A program made the position numbers and the translations under genes. DNA of 64,000 nt from Owenia fusiformis (Eukaryota), in contig CAIIXF020000001.1 in assembly GCA_903813345.2 (NCBI GenBank), positions 14,322,001 through 14,386,000 on the forward strand, given 5' to 3'. Below the pieces are notes generated by a model, which worked only from the letters and a program-made list of their open reading frames with translations, was not told the DNA's origin and made no database searches. Positions 26,506-37,930 of this stretch are shown in pieces; positions within the stretch are counted from its first letter, which is position 1; every line of letters starts with the position of its first letter.

Positions 26506-27435
26506 CTGAAAATACAGAGAAGAAAAACATGAAGAAATAGCAAAATATACATTCATAGGATGTAAGGATGTTGTTATACCCAGGGATGTTTTTTCTGATG
26601 CTTTGTTCTCAGATAGTTCATAATATTGACTTTCCCCATATAACGAGGGAAACCATATGGATATGGCAAAGGATGAGAAAACCTGAACAAAAATCAAATA
26701 CGAATAATACAAGGGGTTTTCATGTCCTATTTGTATAGTACTTTACCTCATCCATATGGTTTCCCTCTGCACCCTTAGTCAATGGTGACTTAAAATGTAT
26801 TGAATCTGCTCCATTCCATGGATATGTACTCATATACTATGATTCTTGAACATAAAATAATGGATCGGAGCAAATAAGACATATTTGATAGGACTAGGGG
26901 CATCATAGATTTCAATGGCATTCTCTTCAGTTTGAATCACAGATTGCTAAGAAAGAGATGCAATAAATTTGAAAATAGATACAGGGAGACAGTTTGAATA
27001 GTGACTTGGACAAATAAGTCATTCCACCATCAAATTCCATGGAAATGTATTGTTAATATGCTTGTGCAAAAGTAATGCAAATGTAAATGTGAAATTCATT
27101 AACCCTTATCGAGTACTCCAGATATCAATTACAAGGTCTCACAAATTGAAACTAACAGATGAGAAAATTTGGACCAACTGGCCTATAGATAATTATATCC
27201 TATTATATAATTCAATGCTACTCATTTACAAAATACTAGTGCACAATAGGGATAATAGAATCCTACAGACAGATTAGTGCATAATAATAAAAATTAGTGC
27301 ATTAAAATATATATTGTTACTAAAATATTATAAGAAGCAGGGTGTCAGAAAAACAAAAGGTATGAAACCATTCCTACTTAGTTTGTATCTCATTCCTTTA
27401 ATAAAGAGGTGTCATATGTAACATAATTGGCAACT

Positions 27436-27944
27436 CTGATCAACAGTGATCATAGAGTTGATCCATAGTGATCATATGGTTGATCAACAGTGATCATATA
27501 GTTGATCAAAAGGGATCTTATAGTTGATCAGCAGTGATCAAATAGTTGATCAACAGAAATCATAAAGCTGATCAACAGTGATCATAGAGCTGATCAACAG
27601 GGATCTTATAGTTGATCAGCAGTGATCAAATAATAGTTGATCAACAGAAATCATATAGTTGATCAACAGTGATCATATAGCTGATCAACAGTGATCATAT
27701 AGTTGATCAACAGTGATCATATAGTTGATCAACAGTGATCAAATAGTTGCTCAACAGTAATCATAGAGCTGATCAACAGGAATCATACAGTTGATCAACA
27801 ATGATCAAAACGTTGATCAACAGTGTTCATATAGCAGATCAACAGTGATCATATAGTTGATCAACAGTGTTCATATAGCTGATCAACAGTGATCATATGG
27901 TTGATCAAGTGATCATATAGTTGATACACAGTGATCATATAGTG
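27436..27944. repeat. 22-bp minisatellite (about 23 copies), GATC-rich
   Basis: Unit GATCAACAGTGATCATATAGTT. Confidence 0.95.
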
Positions 27945-28493
27945 AAGGTTTACTGCAGCAAGAAGCAAACAAAAGTGCTATGGATTACCTAACTGCAGAA
28001 TAAAAACAGATCATGCAGTATTAACTCACTTTAATGAATTACTAGGAAATCATACTTATTCGAATCCTAATTACGAGGAAATCAAACTTATTCCAAATTA
28101 CTCAGAAATTAAACTTATTGTGTCACATCGTCTCACTAAAAGAATATTTTTAATATTCCAACATATATTTCTTACATTTTTCTACGATGCATAAATAAAT
28201 GTTAGTGATCGTCATGTCTTTCACGTATATCCTATTTAATATACAATAGTTCCCATTTCTTCTAAACAAAAATCATTAATTAATCCCCCCCTATTGAAAA
28301 ACATAAACCATGACTATGTAACATTTATAAATGTAGATAACTGTAGAACTCAAAGCAACAGCTAAGATCAAGCAAAAGCAGTAAGCAACCCAGTATGCAA
28401 TATGCTACCTACAAAAAGTATAAATTAAAAACATGGTGTCAGACAGAAGCTGAGGGGGAAGTGCGAGGAAGAACAGAAGAAAATGTCACATAC

Positions 28494-28565
28494 TCTTTTT
28501 ATTACAAGAGCATTCCACTGGTAGCGCCACAACCTTGCCATTGTCATTGTTATTCTGCTCTTCCC
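28494..28565 (-). CDS. Candidate 72-nt cassette exon of the PDE9-like gene: (G/R)EEQNNNDNGKVVALPVECSCNKK(N)
   Basis: tgtttttttgcag|GGGAAGAG...AAAAAGA|gtatgt. Phase 1-1, open frame, purine-rich start. Confidence 0.55.
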
Positions 28566-29020
28566 CTGCAAAAAAACATATCGATTAAAGGGGGAGGAGT
28601 TAAGCTTGAAACCAAGGTACAAAATGCCATGTCGGTCTTGCTGTATACTTGTATATATACGAGAAACTAATTATGTGCGTTATAAAACTAATCAATCAAC
28701 CACTGGAAGTGTTTAACCAATCAGAATAAAGTGAGATCAAAGGGCATTAATTTTGATTATGAGCTGTAACTGTAATATTGTAGAAGTACAGTCCTAAAAT
28801 TACAATATTCATGCCAGAATTGGCAGAACTTTGTCGTACGGATTTCTGATTTCTACGATACCTCCAGAACAAGATTGATTAGATTATGCTGCACATTACT
28901 CCTGTTTACGTAAGGACTCAATCTGGTATATAGAGTTTTCAATTTGAATTCAAGAGGGTGGCATAATCTATGACGCAAGACCTGTATGACGTTTCTTAAC
29001 CAGCAAGGCTACTTACTTAC

Positions 29021-29044
29021 TTAACTCAAAACATCTCTGTAACT
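29021..29044 (-). CDS. Candidate 24-nt cassette microexon of the PDE9-like gene: (E)LQRCFEL(N/R)
   Basis: ctttattccttcttcag|AGTTACAGAGATGTTTTGAGTTAA|gtaagt. Phase 1-1, no stop in frame, lies in a phase-1 intron. Confidence 0.55.
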   Translation of the reverse strand, partial: SYRDVLS

Positions 29045-30071
29045 CTGAAGAAGGAATAAAGCTGAAATAGACTCAGTTGTAAAATAGCTTCAGGAAGAGA
29101 AAGATTTATTTGTGACAGATTAATGCCATTTAGACCCGAGAAAGGAGAAATAAATAGAACCTGGGAAGAATTCATTGTAGGTACAGTAATACTAAATAAG
29201 ATATCTTCATTAAATAGGGTGGGGATAGTTTATAGGCCTATGCTGTAGAAACAACATAATTAAGAGATTGTTTTCAAGATACGTCAACTCAATGTTCTGT
29301 CAAAAATATATTTAGTATTTGTATTTAAATGATGCTTCAAAGGATAACTTTACATTCATATTTCCGACGAATAATTTATGTTAGTATTTTTGAGCCACCA
29401 TTTTTTGCCTTTGTTGCTTTTTCTTCCTGGCCATGCCACTGATACAAGTTGAAAATCAAAATATATGCATGCATACTAAATGGAACTACCAAAAAGTGAT
29501 TGTGAACAAATAGACATATCATAAACCAAAGATTTCTTAAGTAGAAGACAACAACATTTTAAAATAAAACTAAGAGAACCCTCAAAGAATTCAAACCATT
29601 GTATTAAGAAAGTAGTTCACAGTATTTTAGAAAACAATGAGATAACAGACAAATAAATAAGACAAAGAATGCTGCAAGTTGTACGCCTAACTTAGTTTGT
29701 ATTCTAAATGCATAGTTTCATTTTCATTTCTTTATTTAGTAGGTGATTTGTTTATGTGTGCCCAGAATGGCAATCATCACAGATTGTTTTATAATGCCTG
29801 GCGACCAACGTTCCAATTGTATTTTGATTGTTAATTGTGATGCGGCAAGAATCATCACTGTGACTTGAATAAAGAGTTCCGTCCATTAATCGTAACGCTT
29901 AAATCCACAGTAAGAGTAGCACCTATTACATTAAACAATCCATCCATCTGAAACCTTTATAGCAAATAACTTGCAAAATCAGAAAAATCACAACTGACTT
30001 AAACATGTATGTAGGGGGCCTTTCCCTATATCTTATTTACACTTACAAAAATATACAATTGTATATGAAAT

Positions 30072-31113
30072 AAAACCAGAACAACGGCAACGCCAAAGCG
30101 TAGCGAATCCCATCGAACAGAAATGGCTGGCATTTTTACAAACGAAGCGCAAATATCATAAAACAACACACCAGAAAGGCCACCATTTTCAAAATGGTTG
30201 CTCACTAGCCAAGTTGTCATCAGGAGAAATAATATGCTTTTAAGTAGCCACCTCTAAAATTTTTGAAAAATCGCACACATGCTTGTTAAATAACACACAT
30301 AAAAATGGTGGCCATTTTTCAAAATGGCCGACTACTCCCTAAAGTTTTATTAGACAATGTGCCATGCTTAAAGTATTCACATATCAATTATGAACAAAAT
30401 CGCTCCACTACTTTTCGAGTTATAGTAAAATACGTTAAAATGGCGGCCATTTTTCAAAATTGTTTTCAAAATGGCCGCCTTCTACCAAAAGTGTCATAGG
30501 ACAGTGTGCCATGCTTATAGTATTCACATACCAAATATGAACAAAATCGCTCGACTACTTTTCGAGTTATTGTAAAATACGTTAAAATGGCGGCCATTTT
30601 GAAAAATGGCCACCTTCTTCCAAAAGTGTCTTTAGACAGTGTGCAATGCTTATAGTATCCACATACCAAATATGAACAAAATCGCTCCATTACTTTTTGA
30701 GTTACAGCAAAAATCGTAAAATGACGAGTAAAGGCCGCCATTTTTCAAGATGGCTGCCATGTGCTTCTTTAATATCTACATTTGTAGCATTATTAACGTC
30801 CTTTATAATTTTTTTACATTTAAAACATATTGCTATTACAGTTTACATATTGCACCTAAATTACTGTAAAATCTTCACTAAAATGGCCGCCATTTTGAAA
30901 TGAGCGGCCATTTTGAAAATCAGCTTTCGAGCAGAACTTCTAACCCCATAGGGTATATGTGTACAAAATATGAACAAAATCTGGCCAACCGTATTTGAGT
31001 TATTGCCCGGACGGACGGACGGACGGACAGACGGACGGACGTACGTACGTACGGACGGACGGACGGACGGAGGCGTTCCCTATATCCCTCCGAACTTCGT
31101 TCGATGGGATAAC
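30072..31113 (+). mobile_element. Helentron-associated-like (HINE/DINE-type) non-autonomous element
   Basis: Internal tandem core repeats of about 135-147 bp with AAAATGGCGGCCATTTT palindromes, (GGAC)n microsatellite at about 31009-31070, terminal hairpin TATCCCTCCGAACTTCGTTCGATGGGATA. Confidence 0.8.
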
Positions 31114-31121
31114 AAGCAAAT

Positions 31122-31297
31122 AAAACCTGTAAAAGTGGAACACCCCTGATAGTAGGACACCTTTGTTAGTAGAACACTTTTCAGAATCCCAAGACCAAAT
31201 AACTTATGTAAAATGAACCTCTATAAGTGGAACACCTCCAAACTGGAACACTTTTTAGAGGTACCAAAGGTGTTTTGCTTAGATAGATTTTTCTGTA
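31122..31297. mobile_element. Short pogo/Tigger-like MITE family (other fragments at about 40434-40610, 56623-56690, 59125-59215)
   Basis: Recurring ACCTGTAAAAGTGGAACACC motif or its reverse complement; CAGT/ACTG-like ends next to TA in some copies. Confidence 0.55.
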
Positions 31298-34200
31298 ATA
31301 TGATTGGCAGTTTTGTGCTCAGACATGAATTTCAGCAATCTATTTGATGAAGATATAAACAGATAATATGGAACTGGCTTAATTTTCTCAATTTTTTTTT
31401 CGTACACATACATCTAAAATACATAATGCAGAAATAATTACTGAAAACTTGAAAATGACACCAAAAGTAATTTGTGGAAATCAACAGTGAGGTTAAGTTT
31501 CATGTCTTTAAAAGAATTTGTATGTCAATGTGTAATATTAGGACCTTAAGGGATTACTGTACCTCTCTCGATTGTTTTTTCTAGGGACCTTATGAGAACT
31601 ATTTTCCTTATACCAATACACTCATATTAGAAAGAAAATATGAAGAGGAGAGCCAATCACTAGAAGACTTTACAAATTGGCATACAGGATCTCTTAAAAA
31701 CATGAAGCTGAACCTCCTTGATATGATCTCAATCTGACATAGGTGGCAGAGATGACCACACAACCTGAGGATGCATACATAAACAAATCTTTGCATGCTG
31801 ATTTGAATGAAACTTTCCACAGGCAACTGTACCATCTATTTGTTAAGTGTGCTGAAATGAATTGAATCGAAAGAAAAATGTTTTCTATGTTATCTTGCTA
31901 TTTACGGTTCTACAAATCCCTATTCACCCAATAACACTTCAAAGTTATCTATAAACGCTTGGATCTCACATATGTTCCGGAAAGGTGCAAACCAATTTTG
32001 TAATATAGGCAAAGTTATTTATAATGTTGCTTCGGTGTGTTAGAATTGTGTTTTCTGAGTTCAACCAATTACAACTGATGGCAAAACATTACATGTTTAG
32101 TTTATCATTAATTACTACCATATTTGGCACTATTTGTCCTCAGCGCCTAAAAAGGAATCAAATAGCATCTTATAGTAAGGAACCATGAACAAGGGACCTT
32201 AAACAGTGAGGGAAAATGAAGAGCCATGAGTGAGGAGGAAGGGAGCATTAACAGGAAGGCTAGAGAGGGGGTGGAAAGGAGAAGAAAGAGCATTAAAAAG
32301 GAGCTAGAGGGGCCATAAAAATCCTATCCATCTCCAAGGATGGCCATATTTTCTATAATGTTAACTTTAGATCCTGTTTAGCCCAGTCTTTATTTTAAAC
32401 AAAGCAAGATCTCCATCTCAAATGTACCTGTCTAGTTTGTCTACATCATAAGATCTTGGAGCACTCTGTCAAAATCTTAAAATTATCTCATCATCTGAGT
32501 CTTCTGAGATGAACTAAAGGAGTGCTATCAACTGAAGGAGTGCTATCACTAATGTTACCACATTCACTGGATCAGAATGAATGTATCCTCCTCTGTTACT
32601 GATTAAAACACAATTCATTGGAGTGATCAGATTTGTTCCGCTTCTCTATTCTGTTAAGCTAAGTTACTGCTCGGAATTTCAGATTAAAAGTATTCTCATT
32701 TAACATTAATCAAGGTGTTTCAAACTCCTGATAGTGGGATTGATAGCCTTCGTGAAGGTTCAACTCAACATGCCTATTGCCTTAAAACTAAGCTAAGTGC
32801 TGATTACATGTTTACAAGAGAGTAATTCTATCAGGAAAAACTTGAAAACCGATCATATTAAAGTGTTTTGAACAGAGATCAGAGAGTGTCTTACATTCAG
32901 TTTTGTGTGGGCTTACCATAAAACAGTTCAATTCAAGTGGGCAATTTTCACAAAGTTCACCATTTCTGGAATATTTTGTGTAATGATGAATTCACTATTT
33001 CAAATTTTAATTTATTGAAATTTATGGTCAAATTATTAATTTGCAACATGTAAGATTCGCAAATTGAACCATAATTGAATTTTAAACACTGCAAAATATA
33101 ACAAAGAAACTAACATGTTTTACAGTACATGTATTTTGTATTTTATTTAAATATGAAGTCATAATATTTTCAATTCACATAGGTCTGTTACTTGAGGCTC
33201 CAAGGCAAATTGAATCAATTGAATGCAGAGCTCAGTGAACAATAATGGTGCCAGGTTGTCAAGAAAATGCCTAAGGTTACTCTTTGTTTTTCTCAACTGT
33301 ATCAACAACTTCATCCAATCTGTCAAGATACTAGATACAACCCACTGTTTTTTTTTACAGAAACAGCTTTAATCATTTCTGGACATAAAGTCCGTACTGA
33401 GAGTGATATAGTGATAAAATTATTCTCACAAAGTGATTTTAGCTTATCATATATACATGTAGATGCTCATTAGAACATTACAAAAAAATACATGTATAAT
33501 CGATTTAGAAAATGATCTGAAAACACTAAGAAATGCTGAATCTTCTAAGCAAGTAGTTCAAAGCTGAAAGCATCAAAGTACAGCATCAATCCTGACTTGA
33601 ATCCTCATTATAACTTTATCCCACATGGGGCCAGACATATCAAAATCGCTGACAGCAAGCTTTCAACTACGATTATGGTATTATTGAAGTATGTATGAAC
33701 ATATCAGTAACAAATTGATTTTTCAGACTGGCTTTGTTTTTGTGCCTGAATAGCCAACTAGCTAGTAAAATACAATGTAATGAGAAAACATAGAAGTTTT
33801 TCATACTTAAATTCCAGTTCCTAAAAAGGGACGGCTTTGTCTTGTTTGGTGTAAATGTTGTCAGTTCAATGGATGGTATCGCCTTGTTTGATTTAGGAGT
33901 TAGCAGTTCGATAGATGGTTTTGTCATGTTTGATTTAAATCAAACATCAATGTGTAACATCAATCAACTAAGTAAGGCATCATGGAGGCATTTTGAAATA
34001 TTTCTTTTGCTTTTGGCAATCCTTTTGAAAAAGTGGCCATTTGATAAAAACAATTCTGCAACATCTATACTCAATAAATTTTGCCACTTTAGGTTTTATT
34101 AACAGGCTCGGGAAGATATAAAGTAAAGTAAAATCAAATCAAATTCAAGATTGGTGATTTGTGCATCTATTTGTTTCTGTATCTTCATCTAATATTTTGA

Positions 34201-34696
34201 TGCATTCCCTCACTTGACTTAAAGAAGATTACTTAAATATGCCAATTATCAAACACCATAAAACATAATCTTGGCTCAAAGGATTTCCTTCTGATCAACA
34301 GCAAGTCCCTGTCCTGATAAGTAGCAGAGAAAGATGCCATCAGTAGCATATTATTGCTAAGGATAAGTATAATTATACTAAAGAAACCTGATTATGCCCT
34401 TTATGCCTCAGATCAGAACAAGATAAAACTTGTATTTTGTTGCTTTTATTACTTAGGAATTCACCTGCAGATCCGGGAGAATCAGAAATGGTGATTGCAT
34501 TTTTACTAGATAAACATCTATTGAATATGAAATCGGAACTTAATCTATAAGAAACACAGAAAGGTGTCTTAGGTGACATCTCAAAATGCTCCCAATGAAG
34601 TATTATAGATTGATAAAGGAGTCCAAATCCCTACAACAGGTTTGAAAGACCTTTTGTTGACATTAACATGAAATTCATTTTCGAATCATTTTCTAT

Positions 34697-35098
34697 TTTT
34701 ACGAAGGCCCCCCACGAAGTGGGCGGAGCCATTCGTTCTATGGACCGACTGTCGACCAGTCACGTGACCAAAAGTCCGCCATTATTACCTTATATGGCAT
34801 ATCATCAAAGCAACGATCACGACGTCATATGTTGTGTTTGTGATGAAGATATGACGTAATATAACATAAATTATGACATCAGTTACTTATTGCCCTATCA
34901 ACTAAATAGACAAGAAAGCTAAACGTCACACATCACAGTGTTTATTATATTTTAATTTGTGACGTCATTAACATGTTACCTAGCAAACAGAAAACAAGCA
35001 GTAAAATGTAGTTTGTTCATTGTCTTTCTCTGTGGTATTTCCATAAAAAGTGGATCAATTTTGTCAAAATAGCATTATGGCCTTCGTATTTTTCTAGT
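34697..35098 (-). mobile_element. HINE-like element of a different family, opposite orientation
   Basis: Inverted ends TACGAAGGCC / GGCCTTCGTA; hairpin CCCCCCACGAAGTGGGCGG near the left end; right end TTTTTCTAGT. Confidence 0.6.
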
Positions 35099-37654
35099 GT
35101 CATTTTCACTTGATTTTCTTGTTTCAGATTTAAACTTTGATTGACCATTTACACTTTCATCATCTTTTGTGTTACAATAACATAACAGATCCGCACATAG
35201 CTAGCTTTTGCAAAGGGGTTAACTCCAAAAAATCAAGGGCAGGTTCACATTTGACAATTTTGGCCCTGAACTCACTTGAAAAGTGCATGAAACTCATAGA
35301 AGTGCTCTATGATCTATCACTTTGTTTAAATGGTAAATTATGGCTTTTCTGACCTAGCTTATCTGGACTAATGAAACAGCCATTAATAATATAAACTGAC
35401 AACTTGACACACAGATTTGTACCAGTTCTTTTTTAACCTTATAAACACTGGATTGTGATCTTGATTATGCTCTACCCTTTCCATTTGTTCAACTTTGTTT
35501 CTTAAAAAACGCTTCGTATTCACTCTTTCAGTTTACAATAAATCTCTTAACTCATTTAGTATATACGGGGCAGAGGGTAGTGTATAACTAGACTGCGTGC
35601 AGGGTAAATTCAGAATTCTGTCATAAATATATGTAAACCAAATGAATCTCATTGTTAGTATAAAAATATTTTAGAGACAACTTTCCAATGATGTATTAAA
35701 TTTGAAAGAAATGACCACAGAGGCTTCATCTCAGAATCATCAAGTGTCAATTATACAAAGCCAGTGACGAATAAATATTGACTCTGTGTTAAGTACAACC
35801 CACAGTGTCCAGTATTTGTATTCAATTCCAAAATATCATTTCGTATTTGTCGATCTGCATATGATGTTTACATATTGGAAAACGTTGGTACATTTGAGAT
35901 GATCGATCGATGCACAGAAGAAAGAAGGTGTGTATTTTACGTCAGTGTGACACTTAGGTATTAAGTTGATTTATTTGTGATTGTATCGCTGAGATTTGTA
36001 TTGATGGTGACATTGACACATTTCAGTTAAATGATCCTGTGAACCAAATACTTAGCCTAATCCACAATGCGTGGTGAACTGTCAAGTTAAATAACCTGAG
36101 GGTGAAAAAGATCTTTCTGAACACAACAGGCACGCAGCCAGTTTTTGCCAAGGAGGTCTAACATTTTAAAAAATTCTATGGGGTTCACTTTTGACAACTT
36201 CAGCCCTAAAATGACCAAAATCACTTGAAAAATAATCAGAATGGTGAACCCACCAACCCCCCTACCAAGGCTATGCACCTGCACAGTTTCGTTTTCTCTC
36301 CCATTTAACAGATCAAGATGAAGCCCAACCTGAGGAAAATGAGATGCATATACAAGCTTAATCTAATGGATGACCACTGATATGCTGGTATTTTGTAATT
36401 AAAAATAATACGATAATAACATTGCTGAATCAGTCCATTAATCATACTCAGCCATCATTCCCTTTATTCATAAATACCTTAAGACAAGTCAAGATAGCAT
36501 GAATGCTATTTGTACCTTAGCTAGAGTCACAGAAGCAGAAGTTCAATTAAATAAACACTATAAGTTGGAGGGACCTTGAATACCAAATGGGCTAACATTG
36601 TCAACCTTCAGTACGGTACAGCCTTGTTGAAAAGTAACAAATGCTTACTCAGTCCATGTATTGAATGCATCCTTTAATTTTCATCCTCTGAACACAGGCC
36701 TCCAGAACTCGTACCTTCTTCTTCCATAAGGAAGGAGCATAATGGATGATGTCTGGGGCACTGCATTCGGAAGATGTTAATAGTGTGAGGCAAGAAAAAT
36801 ATGACTCTAAATGGGTTTGGTTACTCATACAGATGGCAGATTAAGAGGGAATTGTTTGGAATTTCCTGTTCAAGAAGATTAATCAAAATTTCAGTGTTTT
36901 TGGTATAATCTTTGAGTTATTTGGAGTTATATTGAAATGAAAATGAAACAGTCGACCTCACGACATTTTAGGCCATTTTTGAGTCCTTAAGCACATTGGC
37001 TTGGAATGAAGTTAGCTATAAGAACATATCAATTATGGTCCGAATCATTTCATCAGACCTAATGAGATTGGCAAAACATGCTGATCCCAACTTCATAAGG
37101 CATTTGACATGACAAAATGTAAGTTATTGCAAATTGTTATACGCTGAACTCCAAACCCAAAAGACCATCTCATCCTCAAAAAAGTTGGAGACTAATAATG
37201 TTACCATTTGGTGACATAATGAAGACATTATAATTAGCAGAGGTACAGTTATGGTATTCCATGACAATATTTATCAGACTGGTCCATAGAGTTATAGGAT
37301 TATTTATGCTTGATTTAGACTTTCATCTATTGAGAGTCCTAAAATACTGTCTTTCAATGAGAATTGGTATTAAACATGAGAATGTACATGTCAGAATTAA
37401 TTTCACCAGATCTGGCAAAGTCTATTGATCCAAATTCATATTAGGGTCATAGTTTATAGGTTTATCTATTTTCTATTTATGATCTTGATTAGTAAATTTG
37501 GTCACTTCCAGCTGACTTGTCTATTCTAAAAAATATCAAAATGGCAAAAACAATATAGTTTACAGTCATCATCATCAAATTTTAGGAGACTTAAGAGTCG
37601 GAAGAAATCTCTCTTGGGAACATTGCAAATAAAACCCAACTTTTACTTTTAGGG

Positions 37655-37930
37655 ACTAATATAACAGCAACGCGTAGCAAATCAAAAGAACACTCATAGG
37701 GCGCCATTTTTCAAAACGGGCACTTGCTATAGTCAAACTGTGATTAGAGAGTAAAATGTGCTTCACACATAAAATTTCGGCAAAATCGCTCTGCTACTTT
37801 TCCAGTTATAGCAAAAATGTAAAATAACATACATAAAATGGCATTTTCCAGAATGGCTGCTCACTAGCCAAATTGTCATGAGAAACTATAATATATAATT
37901 GATCCACTATTTTTCGAGTTTTCAAAATGA
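37655..37930 (+). mobile_element. Degenerate fragment of the same HINE-like family
   Basis: CAGCAACGCGTAGCAAATC, CAAAATCGCTCTGCTACTTTTCCAGTTATAG and GCTCACTAGCCAA closely match segments of 30085-30425. Confidence 0.65.

Noticed and set aside
33830-33945. About 42-bp x 2.5 repeat giving KPSIEL-like peptide repeats
   Set aside because: Short diverged duplication with no splice or domain support.
36649-36687. Possible 39-nt exon (ttcag|AGGATG...CTGA|gtaagc) in the phase-1 intron
   Set aside because: In-frame TAA and a weak polypyrimidine tract; an alternative first exon (MHSIHGL) or poison exon cannot be excluded but is unsupported.
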